A stretch of DNA of 64,000 bases from Lama glama. Taxonomy: Eukaryota. Position 1 is the stretch's first letter; each line of letters begins with the position of its first letter. The position numbers were made by a program, and so were the translations under genes. The notes below the pieces were generated by a model. The model saw only the letters and a list, made by a program, of their open reading frames with translations, ran no database searches and was not told the origin of the DNA. The DNA lies in assembly GCA_028534125.1 (NCBI GenBank), contig CM052816.1, positions 67,582,001 to 67,646,000 on the forward strand. The letters run 5' to 3'. Below, piece by piece: positions 1 through 12,545 of this stretch.

Positions 1-139
1 TATTCTACATTTAAGTTACTACTTTCCAAATCAGGTGGATCTTTACTTGGAGATAAGCTGTTTTTGTTTTGTTTTTTATTTTTGCTTTTTTTTTTTAATG
101 GGAGGCCACTGGCCTATCATTTAAGTGGCCACCCAATTC

Positions 140-264
140 TTTTTTTGGGGGGGGTAATTAGGTTTATTTATTTATTTGTTATTTTTTAGTGGAGGTACTG
201 GGGTTTGAACCCAGGACCTTGTGCATGCTAAGCATGTGCTCTACCACTGAGCTATACCCTCCCC
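140..264 (-). mobile_element. tRNA-derived camelid SINE (Vic-1-like)
   Basis: Reverse complement GGGGAGGGTATAGCTCAGTGGTAGAGCACATGCTTAGCATGCACAAGGTCCTGGGTTCAAACCCCAGTACCTCC with Pol III A and B boxes, then an (AAAT)n-CCTAATTACCCCC-A tail. Confidence 0.88.
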
Positions 265-1028
265 TCAAGGTGGATCTTTAAAGTCATCTTGGTGAGTTTA
301 TTTTAAAATACAAATTTGTAGGCCATACTTTTGGAGTCCTGATTCATTAAAACCTCCTGGAGATCCTGACTTTTCATTCTGATTCATCCTATTCCCAGGG
401 GATTCAAGTCCCCTAGTGATGGTGATAACAGTGGTGACCCCCAGGGTCCAGTGGTAGCAGAGCCATTGGCCATGTTCAGTTTATAGCAGTGGTGACAGCT
501 GCAGCAATGGCCCCCAGCCAGGCTGGCATGATCCTGGCAGCGGGCCTACGTGTTTGGACTCCATTGGTTCATACTTCATTTTTGAGCTAGGTTCTTCAGA
601 TTTCCTGATGATAAATTTGTATTCTGCTTAGTTACCCAAAGTCTTTGTTATTTGCAGCCAAGTTCTCTGGTCAGTACAAAAACCAGGTGTTTTGGGGAAT
701 GTCTGGTCTCTGCTCATCACCACCCCTCCTCCCCCATCTCCCTCTAACAGAAAGAAGAAAACATACAGATGATCCCTTTGTCCTCTGGAAGAAAGCCTAA
801 CTGCCTGGTAGTAGAGTTTACCCCTGGCCATGAAATACACTGGAAAATGTCTTCAAGTGCTTAGACGTGAAAGTGAGATTTACAGCAAGCATACCCATTC
901 CCCTTCCCCAGCCTCACTGCATTCCTCTACCTTGACATAGATTTATTTGGTGTGAATTACTTGCCTAGTCAATCAAAATTCCTTTCAACCATCTAGTGCT
1001 TTGGTATTCTAATGTCTGGATTCTTAAG

Positions 1029-1172
1029 TTTTTTCCCCCCCTCTTTTTGTGGGGGAAGGGGGATGGTAATTAGGTTTATTTATTTATTCATTTTTAATGG
1101 AGGTGCTGGGGATTGAACCCAGAACCTCGTGCATGCTAAGGACACACTCTACCACTGAGCAGTACCCTCCCT
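1029..1172 (-). mobile_element. tRNA-derived camelid SINE (Vic-1-like)
   Basis: Same head and tail as the copy at 140-264; degenerate TSD ctaatgtctggattctt / ctaaagtcttgattctt. Confidence 0.87.
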
Positions 1173-1769
1173 GCTAAAGTCTTGATTCTTTAGCTTCCAA
1201 CTTCTCTTAAATTTGATTCCTCAGGTTTCAGGAAAGTTGCAGCTGTGAGGCTGCCAAGACATTTTGGGAAGCAAGCAGCTGTCTACTACAGGTTTTAATT
1301 CTATTTGTTATCAAAGGTAACTTGTGTCTTTTTTTAAATCCTTATTTTCCTTAAATAGATTTTAGGAGGAAATGGAAACCCTTAGCTTAGCTGTGAACCT
1401 TCAGCCCAAGACAAGAATGTGTGATGTGAGTACATGGAGTCCAGAGCTTTTGTTTTGGAAAGGGGACTTTCTTCTCCTTCTTTACCATTTGCAGGATCAG
1501 GAACTGTAAGAATATACATTTTATTTTAAAATCAGGTCATTTATACTTCTGAAAAGATCTTCATTTTGACCTTAAGACTCTGAATGTTATGTTTTTTCCT
1601 CCAGTTGAAAATAAATGGGTTGTCAGGTATAGGCTGGAGAGGTGAGCAAGGATGGTGTTACACAGGAATTAAGAGGCTATGGTCTATTCCAGTAGGAAGC
1701 GTATCCTATGAAACAGCAAGAGTCGTAATTCCTTGGACCTGTATTCTACTCCTGAGCTGTTGTTTATCT

Positions 1770-3205
1770 TTCCATCACCTTAACAGGATCTTTTACAAAG
1801 CAAAAGTTTTTAATTTTGATGAGGTTTAATTTATCAATTTTTCCTTTGATGGATCCTGTCTAAGAATGGTGTCAAGTCTAAGAATTCTTTGCCTAGCCCT
1901 AGATTGTGAAGATTGTCTCCTTTTTTTTTTTCTAAAGGTTTTATATTTCACATTTAAGTCTGTAATCCAATTTGGGGTAATTTTTTTATATAAAATATGA
2001 CATTGAAGGTCGATTTTCTTTGCCTATGGATGTCAATTGCTGCAGCACTATTTGTTGAAAAGGCTGTCTTTCCTCCATTGAATTGATCTTGCACCACTGT
2101 CAAAAATTTGTTGAGCATGCTTGTGTGGGTTTCTTTCTGCATTCTCTGTTCTGATCACACATTGATATAAGTGTCTATTCTTCCACTAATACCACGTGGT
2201 TTTGATTATTGTTGCCATATAATAATTGGGTGGGCAGATTCTTCCACTATTCTTTTTAAAAAACGTTTTAGCTATACTAGTTCCTTTGCCTTTCCATCTG
2301 AATTTTAGAATAATATTTTCTATATTTACAAAAATGTTGCTGGGATTTTGAATGGAATTGCATTAAATGTGTATGTCAATTTAGGGACAGTTGACATGTT
2401 TACATATGTTGAGTCTTTCAACCCATGAACATAGTATGTCTCTCCATTAATTTAGATCTTTTTTAAATGATTTCATCAGCATTTTGTAGTTTTCAGCATA
2501 GGAGGCTCGTACATGTTTCATTAGATTTATGTCTAAGTATTTCAATGGTTTTTGAAAAATTGTAAATGATACTGTATTTTTAATTTCAGTGTCCATGTGT
2601 TTGTTGCTAGTGTATAGAAATAATATTGATTTTTTAAAATGATTTTCTTCTATCCTGAGATCTTGATGACCTCACTTACTAATTCTAGGAGGTTTTAAAA
2701 AAAATTCCTTGGGATTTTCTGTGTAGATAATCATGTAAATTGAGACAAGTTTTATTTATTCCTTCCCAATTTGGATGCTTTTTATTCTCTTGCCTTGCCT
2801 TGCTGCACTGGCTAAAACTTCCAGTACTATGTTGAATAAGAGGGGTGAGAGCCAACATCTTTGCCTTGTTTTGAATCTTAGTGTGAATGCACTGAGTCTT
2901 TCACTATTAAGTGTGATGTTAGCTATAAATGTCTTTGCAATTGCTTTTCATGAGGTTGAGGAAGTGCCCTTTATTCCTAATGTACTGAGAGTTTTTATCA
3001 TGATAGAATATTGAATTTCATCAAACTTTTTTCCTGTCAACTGATATGATCATATTTTTTTTCTCTTTAGCATGTTGGTATTGTGGATTACGTTGATTGA
3101 CTTTTGAATTTTGAACCTAATTTGCATTCCTGGAATGAATCCCACTTGGTCTTGGTGTATTATTCTTTTAATACATTGTTGAATTTAATTTGCTGAGTTT
3201 TTGTA
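1770..3205 (-). mobile_element. Old LINE-1 (L1M) ORF2 fragment
   Basis: Antisense L1 ORF2 signatures (gggattttgaatggaattgcattaaat, ccagtactatgttgaataagaggggtgagagccaacatctttgccttg, tgcattcctggaatgaatcccacttggtc); many stops. Confidence 0.88.
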
Positions 3206-3221
3206 CCAAAGATCTAAGGGG

Positions 3222-3245
3222 GTGTGTGTGTGTGTGTGTGTGTGT
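3222..3245. repeat. (GT)n microsatellite
   Basis: Read directly. Confidence 0.95.
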
Positions 3246-4659
3246 TAGGTGAGGGACATGACCTTTCTTAACAAACATCCCAAATGGCCCTGATGTTTGT
3301 GGTCTCCAAACATCTTTCTCACACTTAAGAGAAATAACTGAATTACATTAGAGACGGAACCAGCTCTAACAAACTAGCTAATGATAAAGGTCTGACAAAA
3401 CAAACAGAATTAAGAGAACTACATCATGAAATAGTAGGATTTCTAGTGTTTAGAAGTCCACATAATGTCTGGAGGATGAAACTGAAAAGCTAAGAGACCA
3501 AGTAGAATATATTCCTCCTCCAGAGAACAAGGATGCTACACAGGAAGTGTGCAGTGCACCTCAGGGCTAGACAGGATGGGATGGAGGGCCACACAGAGAG
3601 AGCATATTGGAGGATTCTAGAAAAGATTTACAAAACCACCCTGTCTTACCACAGTAGCACCCACAAACTGTCTTGAAGGAGGTCTGAGCAATGCATTTTC
3701 ATAGCTACCACACATATCAACAAATTTCCCAAACTGTCCAAAGCTCAAAGTCCATGCATCTTGGTCTACCATCCAAGTGAGATAGCACCAAAGAGGAAGA
3801 TCAGGTTCCTATAAACCCTGGGAACTGTGCAAATAAAACCAGGCTGGAACTAGTTATATTAGGGTCAAGAACTTGTTTTGTGCAGAAGAGCCCATTCCTA
3901 TGATCTCTAGCTGACCACTTCAGCTCTGGTGACTAGAGATACCAGAGTGCCCCTAGAGGCGAGGACTGGTAGTGCCAGCAGTTCTCACTCCTGGCAAATA
4001 TTGCTGTGGCCCTGAGAAAGTGTATCAATCAGATGAGAGCTTTGTAGGGCTGGAATCAGGGACTGCCATGGTGGCTGCCCCTTCCTACTTGAAGATGTGC
4101 TTCCCAAAGCAGAGCAGAGGGGTGTAGGGAAGCAGAACAGCCAACAGATTACACTGGCAAGTGATAATGGGTTTGAGACAACTCTACCACAGCTCCACAG
4201 AGAAGAACCCAGATGCAGGGTTAAAAACCATAAAATGAAAAAAAATTGTCCAAAGGAAGGAAGGTTATGCGTGTGGATCTGTGGTCATCTGGGTTCAGTA
4301 GAGAGCCCTTCAGAGTCACTGCCTAAGAGTTAATAATAATCATATCACCGCATCATCTCTAATAATAAGAATTGGTACTATTTGATAAGTGCTTATTATG
4401 CCCAGGAATTGTGTGTGATATATATAAAACTGCAAATCTTCGTGTAACAGGTGAAATATTGTCAGCATATTAAACTAATATAATTTTGCCCTGGGTAATC
4501 TGTGGGGCCAAGACATCTTATGGAGCTCATTTCTAGAGCCATTCCTGAGGCATTCAGAATATAGAAGTTTATATCATGGCATAAAGTAGATACCACTTCC
4601 ATTAAATGGTCAAGCCATGAAGCCATCTGCCTAATAACTAAGGAGGACATAACATAAAG

Positions 4660-5420
4660 AAAATGAAAAATTGAACCACAATGAGATATTATCTCACTCC
4701 TGTCAGAATGGCTATTATCAAAAGGACAAGAAATAACAAGTGTTGAGGATGTGAAGGGAGGGGAATCCTTCTACACTGTTGGTAGGAATGTAAATTAGTG
4801 TAGCCATTGTGAAAAACAGTATGGAGATTCCTCAGAAAATTAAAAATTGAACTACCATATGATCCAGCTATTCCATTTCTGGGCATTTACCTGAAGAAAA
4901 TAAAAACACTAATTTGCAAAGATATATGCACCTCTATGTTCATTGGAAAATTATTTACAATAGCCAAGACATGTTAAACAACCTAAGTGTCCACTGATGG
5001 ATGAATGGATAAACAAGATGTGTTTACATACATAACAGAATCCTACTCAACCATAAAAAAGAAAGAAATCTTGTCATTTGGGACAACATGGATAGACCTT
5101 AAGGGTATTATGCTGAGTGAAATAAGTTAGTCAGAGAAAGGCCAATACCTTGCGATTTCACTTATATATGGAATTTAAAAAACAAAACAAATGAACAAAC
5201 AAAACAAAATAAAACTCATAGATACAGAGAACAGATTGGAGATTATCAGAGGGGAAGGGGGTTGGGGGGCAATGAAGAGGGTGAAGAGAGTCAACTGTAT
5301 GGTGATGGATGGTAACTAGACTTACAGTCACTTTGTAGTATATGCAAATACCAAATTATTATGTTGAACACCTCACACTAATATAATGTTATGTACCAAT
5401 TTTACCTCAATTAAAAAAAG
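4660..5420 (+). mobile_element. LINE-1 3' end (ORF2 C-terminus, 3'UTR and A tail)
   Basis: accacaatgagatattatctcactcctgtcagaatggctattatc...actaccatatgatccagctattcc...acctaagtgtccactgatggatgaatggataaac...ctcaattaaaaaaa. Confidence 0.92.
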
Positions 5421-6214
5421 AAATTTTGAAATCCACACCTTTTGATCCTAGGAGATTTTAAGGGAAAGAGTATACAAGGAGAAAGAGACCTTTCTTCTCT
5501 TTGCTTCTCAGGGTTGACTCTTGGGGTTGGGTAGGAGACATCCAGTGGGTGTTAGAAATATTTGGGGATCCAAAGACTATCAGGCTTGGTAACCTCCTTC
5601 CCCAGGTGTTTTCCTGGGCTGAGGCTCTTTCTTCATGGTTGGGAATGATTGTTAGGTGAGAAGGAGTGATTGAAAGGAGCTGTGGCTCACTGGGACCCTC
5701 CAGGAAGGTTTATACGGAAGTAATATCCCACCCTCAACCCTCTCCCTCCCTCTGATGACCTTTCAGGGCTTCTCTTTGGCTAAATACACTGGAAGCCTGT
5801 AAGCAAAGGAACCACAGAAATGGTCCATAGAAGTCAGCCTTGGGACAAAGAGCTGGGTGGAGAAGATTATAATGGGAAGGGACAAATGGAAGACATGTAG
5901 AACCCTTGCTTACTTTTATCATCTTTCTCTCTAACCCTCCTATTTCCAGCACACACACACACATGCACACACACGCACACACACACACTATAATCCAGCA
6001 ACTCTCAGCTAACAGTTTTCCACTTTGGATCATAGTCACTGGGCTTTGGACATGCTGTTCCTGCTGTCTAAAACACTCTTCCTTTCACCTGCACTCATCC
6101 TTCTTGTCTCAGTTTAGATATCATTTCCTCCAGCAGTCCCTTCTTGGTCCCCAAGCCTGGGATGGATGCCCCTCCTCAGGGTTCCCACAACAATTGTGGT
6201 TAACAAATTTAAGT

Positions 6215-6450
6215 GTATACAGTGGCAGGCACTGTCCTAAGTAACCCCTAACATGTGTTCACTCATTTATTCCTTATAACCTAATCAGGAATGTACCATT
6301 ATTTCCATTTTACAGACAAGAAAACTGAGGCACAAAGCAGTGAACTGCTCAAGGTCATGCAAGTAGTGAGTAATGAAGCTTACATATGAGTTTGAGCAGA
6401 CAGGAAGTGAGCTGGAGCCAAGTTGTTAACTACTGTGCTAAACTGATTCC
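6215..6450 (-). mobile_element. MIR SINE
   Basis: MIR core ccattttacagacaagaaaactgaggcaca...tcaaggtcatgcaagtagt. Confidence 0.75.
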
Positions 6451-7359
6451 AGTTCCAAACTGTACTTACTCCTAGACGAGTCACAATGCCTAGTACACAC
6501 AAGACACTTAGTATATACTAGGAAATTTAATTAGTTAATTAATCTATATAGGATGGGAGTCCTAAGTCAGTTTTTTTAAGAACAACTGGGTGAGAAGGAT
6601 TAATTATATAGCTTTTGCTTTGTCCCCATCAAATACTTACATGAAGTTAAATTTTAATGCAAGATCTGGCTAAGAACTTCTGATACACCAGAATTTATTT
6701 TCCTGATTGCTCTTGGGAGTTCAAGTGTCCACATGATGAAGGATCTGACAGTATAGTTTCTGCAAAAACCATTAATGGTATCCACTTCAGCAATTAGATT
6801 TATCATTTCCCACCTGGGAATTCAAGCCCTATCTTTTGCTCACATGGATGTACAGTAACTTATGGATCTGCTGCTGTGTCTGACGCCACAGTTTCTGCAA
6901 AAACCATTAGTGGTGTCTGCCTCAGCAATGAGGTACAGGAATCAGCTCTTGGAAGAAATCAAAGAAAAGAGGAAGGTGGCTATGTAGATGAGTTGTGGGA
7001 AGATGGCCTAATATACAGGAAGGAAATAGCTCTAAGGGGAAAAGAATGAAAAAAGCATATTGGATTCGACTGGATGAAGAGTTAAACTGAGCTATTATAA
7101 AAGTGAGGAGAATCAAGAATCTAGAATTTTAGGGTGCACCATGTTTTAAATAACTGTTTATTTAATCATTACAGCAATCTAGAAGGAAAAATTTTAGTTT
7201 ACAGATGAGAAAACTGAAGGTCAAAGAGGTTAAGTATTTTCCCATTATCCAGAAAGGGGCCATGCTGGGATTCAAAGCCCGTGCTCTTTCTACTGCTCAT
7301 AGCCTTCACGGGACATAGCTTAGAGCTTTGATGTCTAGTACAGAGGCCAAACACCACTC

Positions 7360-9480
7360 ATTCATTCATTTATTTATTTATACATAAATATTTATTGAAT
7401 ACATACATTTCACTAAGCACTGTGCTAATTGCTGGGAATATTATCGTGAAGAAGGCACATCCATAGCTTCAAGGTTTACATTTGACATTGTGAAACACAC
7501 AATGATAGGATGCTATGGGGGGAGATCAAGGGCTTCTAACCCAGTCGTGGTGGAGGTGGAAAGAGACATTGATCTCGAGGAAGGCTTACAAAGGAAGTGA
7601 GTTCAAATGGAGCCTTGAGAGATGAGGGGTTAGCAAGGAGAGAAGTGGGCAGTATATTCCAGGAAAAGGTTGCAGCTGGCACAAAGGTCTAGAGATCCCC
7701 CAGAACTGCAGGTAGCTCTGCAGGAGTTAGGATGACAGCAATAGATAGGACAGGACAGGTAAACAGGGGTCCAAATGTGTAGAGCCTTGACTTTGTCTCA
7801 AGAGACAGAGTGACATGGAGGACAACCTGGCTGTGGTATGAAGAAACAGGTTGGAAACCAAGAAGGCATGGCTTCACAGAAGCCAAGAAAAGAAAACTTA
7901 AAAAAAGATGATATGGTTAATATGATCAAATACTACAGAGGTCAAATATTTAACAACAAAGATCGGAAATCGTAGTGAGAGTCACTTCAGTGGAGTGAGA
8001 AGCCGGGATTGCAGGAGCCAAGGAATAAATGAGAGGTAAGAGAGGGGAAGTATTGAGTGCTGATAGCTCTTTGAAGAGGCTTGTCTATGAAAGGAAGAAA
8101 ATACAGAGTTCAGAGTGGGTTTATTTTTTTTAAGATGGGAAATACTAGGTCCTTTTTAAATTCTTCTAGGAAGGAGATAGTGTGAGGACAAGAGTTAAGA
8201 TACACTATTGAGAGATGGTAGAACCAAGTGAGATCAGATTACAGGTAGAGAGAATAGACTTAGATAAGAGGCAGGACATCTTTCCCATTTTGGCAATGAG
8301 GAAAAGAAGGAAGAAGGGGTAGACACTAGTAAATGTGTGTATTAGGAAGGACAATCCCAAATTAGGCTTTTATTTTCCTTGGGGGATAAAGAGTGAAGAG
8401 TGATAAGATATAGGTTAAGAAAGTGACAGAGAAGTTTGAAATGATTTCTGGAGAGAGTGGAGATAAAGCTACCTTGACAACAGAAGGATTGTAAGGTAGT
8501 TACTGAGAATCTGGTTGGCATCCGAGAGTTCAGAGTGATCTGACTATATGTGTTTGTATAGCTGGGTTTTTTTCCACCAGTGCCCACAGACTAGGTGTAG
8601 GTCATAGAAGACAGGTAGTTGTGTTCTCCAGGCTTGGGATTTTGCTGGGCGTGTGTGATGGAAGGACCAAAGAGGGAGGCAGTGGAGGGAACTGTATAGA
8701 GAGTGGTGGAAGTGGTAGACTATGAAGTCTAGATTAGATTGAAAAGGAAATGCAGAGAGGATGAAAAAACAAGAAAGACAAGGACAATGGGAATTTCAGA
8801 GAAATGTAGGATAGGAGATTATGATCCGGTTAGTGGAACGTTTGAAAATTTTAGAGGTGGAATCATTTTAAAAGGTGGTGATGTCCAAGATGTATCAATT
8901 GAAGCAGGTGAAGGTGATGGTATTTGGAGTTGAATAGGTAAAGAAATAAGATACTGAAGTGCTAGGTGGGTCTTTCATATGGACAAAAGCAATCAAGAAT
9001 GATGATAAATTAGAGAAAAAGAGAATGAGAAGTCAGGGTTCATAGTGAATGATGGAACATGATGAGAAGGTCAACAAGTAAGAGAGTAAGGAAGGCAGGA
9101 CAGTAAAACCAGGTTATGAACCTTAAAGGAAAAGAGGATTTTACTCAAGGATGGAAAAATAATGTTCTGAAAGCATCATTATTTAGGGAAGATGCTGTCA
9201 AGACAGTCTCTCGACCTCAGGTTACATCAGGCGTGGAGTAGTGAGAAGCAACTATTCAGAGGGTAGCAGGGCAGGCAGTTTCCTTTGGGAAGGTCTGGGT
9301 TTCAGCTTAGGCAAGGAGACATAGGAAACACTTCGTGATATTGAAAATCCAGTGGAGTTCGTTATGTAGGAAATAGAGTTTCCTGAGAGCACGATGGGCA
9401 GATTTAGGAGGGAGAGGAAAAGCAGTGTGTGAGGCAGGAGAAAGGAAAAACAAAATAGGCTGGGGAAGAGAGTCTAAGAG
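7360..9480 (-). mobile_element. LINE-2 fragments
   Basis: Begins with a reversed L2 3' end (ttcattcatt...aaatatttattgaat...agcactgtgctaattgctggg), followed by long purine-rich degenerate sequence typical of antisense L2. Confidence 0.7.
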
Positions 9481-11582
9481 AGAAAAGATGACAAGTTTCA
9501 TCTTGTGTGGTGTCCAGTGGTTACATGGAAGTAAACTATGATGCACAATAAGTAGGGTATCAGGAAGCCTTATTCCCCAGAGTGGTTTTATGAATAGGGA
9601 AGACTTGGGTTTCTCTAGTAAGTCAGGCATGGCCCAGGTTGATTACACTTCCAGGGGAACTTTAGTCTAGAAGAGTCCATGAGCCATGATAATATCATGG
9701 TTTCATTCTAAGGCAATCTGAATTGTGAGATTATGCAATTAATACCAGATTTTTTAGGGAGAGGGTAAGAAAGCATATTTTAACCATACATCTTGATTTC
9801 AGAAACATTATATGTATGCCTTAGAATAGGAAAATATGAAAGCTGGTCTGTATAACTACATCATGTCCCTGGTTGGTGGAGGGAGAGACACAGTCCTCAT
9901 CAGAACTTACATGTTTCTTAAATGAATAAATGAGGAAGGTGTTGAAAGATGGCCATTCAAAGAAAACAAGAGGAAATGAAGTGAAAGTGCAATCTTGATG
10001 ATATCAGTAAGAATTTCCTAACAGTGATCATTCTAGTTTGGGCTAATCTTTGTTAATCACAAAACTGGACTTATACAAAAATTTGGTGTCTCTTCCTAAG
10101 GGACTCTAAAACATAGTGGATTTTCATTCCTTTGAAATGAGTTTCCTGGCTTTAAGCCAAAGTCTTGATACTCCCTCAAATTTTCTGCCAAAGTGACTGC
10201 TCTATCATATTTCTCCTGTAATTCTTGTTTTTGTCTTTACCCAGCTGGTTTACAACCTTGTTTATGCCTAGGGCAAAGTTGTGCGTAAATAAGGTTTCAT
10301 TTACTCTTTTTCTGAGTCTTACCTCTTCAAATCTTAAAATAGAAAATTAACCTAAGAAATTTCCTAAGTTTTCCTCCATTCTATTTACATATCAAAATGA
10401 ACATAATGCTGGAAGGATTTGTAGGCTCCAAGAGGCAAAACCAAACCCCTACTCTCTGTAATTTACTCAAACGCCAGATTCTCCTGGGGAAACTGGGCTC
10501 TCTTTATAACTTGATTCAAATAACTACTTTGATTCTCAATAGCTTTTTATGAAATTACCATGTAGAACCTAAATTGGTGCAGCTGAATTAAATAAATATC
10601 AGAGCTTAACATTCTTAATCACAAACCTTCAATTTAACCAACCATTTATTATAATCAAAAAGCAATCAATATGTTGATTGTGGTGACATGCAAATAGAGA
10701 CAGAATTATTAGTAATTACCCTATATTTGTGGTTCAGTGCGATGGAGAAATAACTGGAAAAAAATTGTAAAGCACACTCCAGTTAAAAGACTGGTTGCTG
10801 TGTTTTAGAGCAGCGTGCTATATTGATGGTAGTCTTTAAATAAATTGAATAACATAGGTTGCTGTCAAACATGTGAATTATTCATGAAGCCGAGTTTGGG
10901 AACACTAAAGCAGACCCTGTTTATGAATATTCAGATACATTAATGTATGAATGACTGACCCAGTACTCACCAATTCTTGCATGAAGAGAGGCTCTCACAA
11001 ACAAAGCAGAAATCTATTAAGCAAACTCACTGGGTCACTCACTTGCTTGAAACGTAACTAGTGTGACAGTTGGGGAATGAAATTGAACCCCAAGTCAGAG
11101 AGGCATTCGGTCAAGGAGGGAGGCACTGGGGGCCTCTTTGTGAAGATTTGGTGACATCAGAGGTTTTTTCTGTAGACTCCAAACACCTTGGAGTTTCTCT
11201 GATCACATGGTTGGTGTGGCACTTGGGTCCCTTCCCATCAATATCTGAAACTAGATAGTAACATACCTTTGCTTTGCTTTTTCAGTCCTACTTATGAAAG
11301 CATGAAAGGAAATTACAGAGCATTCAATTTTTGAGAAATCCTAAATGTTGATTTTCTTTTCTCTAAATGAGTCCTCATTGTGGCCTATAAGTGGTATGTA
11401 TGTTTTAATATATACAAGGCCTCCACAGGAACAAAATCCTTATTTCCTGAATACTCTGGATATCATTAGTCTTGTAAAATATATTTAGTAAAGGTATTTT
11501 GTAAAAGATAAAACAGAGAATTTGAGGTTATCAGACTAAGCAGAGAGAGTTTCATCAGGAGGCAGTGATTTGTGATCAAGTT

Positions 11583-11795
11583 GGGGTGACTGGCCAATGC
11601 AGTTTGCATTGGACTCAAGGGGTTCCCAGGACATGGGACCTTCAATTTCAAAACATGGGGCAATCTCGGGCAAACTGAGATATGTTGGTCATCCTCCCAA
11701 TCATACCAGCTTAATCAAAGGAATCTCCTGGGAAGTGGGACTTTCAGTGTGAAAACTAGAAAAACTCTGGCAAACAAGGACTCTTGTTCACCCAA
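11583..11795. mobile_element. Two adjacent MER94-like (hAT-Blackjack) copies
   Basis: gggtgac...ggggttcccaggacatgggaccttcaatttcaaaac...gggcaaactgagatatgttggtcatcct, then a second degenerate copy (tcctgggaagtgggactttcagtgtgaaaact...ttgttcaccc). Confidence 0.65.
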
Positions 11796-12329
11796 CAAGA
11801 CCACAAAGTGGAATGAACAGATCGGGTAGGGGCAATCTACTTCTGTTGATGAAGCTTCTAAAAGACTAATCCACAAAACTGAAAGCTAACCTCTTACTTT
11901 ACAAAAGCGTACAAATTTTCCTATGAGTGGAATTTTATGCACGCCATCTAGGATATCTTTCCCATTGTCAACATGGCTGAATTTTTAAATAGAATCTTTC
12001 AACTGTGCGAATCAGAGTCAAGGGAGGGAAATTCTGGAGAATTAATTCTCAAATGTCATTGCATATCAACATCACCATAGGACCTTTATAAGAATATGGA
12101 TCCTTGAGTCCCGCTTGTAGAGATTTTCATTTAGTAATGGCTGGAATACGGGTTGGGAACCATATGATTATAAGCTCCCAGGTGACACCAGCCAAGTCTA
12201 GGAACTTGGGGAAATATTTCTTCCAGGCCAAGGTGGAACATGATGAATTATTCCTGCTCTGCCATGTGGTACTCCTCTTGGGTGACCATGATTTTCATGT
12301 CCTGTGTGATGCAGTGAGCATACTGACTT

Positions 12330-12545
12330 TTAGCTCTTGGTGTCAGAAAGCTTTGGTTCACTCCTGACTCTGACACAAACTGAAAACTTAAGCAGGTCAC
12401 TTATACTCTCTGACCATCTGTTTCTTCATCTGTTGAAAAGATATAACAATAGAAGCTATTTCATAGAGTCGTTACAGAATTAGGTGATATGATGTGTGTG
12501 AAGTATTTAGACTCCTGAGAACCATAGAGTTCAATGAATATTAGC
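12330..12545 (+). mobile_element. MIR SINE
   Basis: agcaggtcacttatactctctgaccatctgtttcttcatctgttgaaaagatataacaatag. Confidence 0.7.

Noticed and set aside
190..264. tRNA-Ala-like sequence with A and B boxes (also ~1097-1172 and ~31035-31109)
   Set aside because: Multiple diverged copies with A-rich tails and TSDs and no CCA-proximal T-run terminator: these are SINE heads, not tRNA genes.
3945..3965. CTCF-like motifs (gtgcccctagaggcg; also ~11940 and ~31470)
   Set aside because: Each needs an indel or several mismatches in the core CCxCYAGRKGGC; not supportable from sequence alone.
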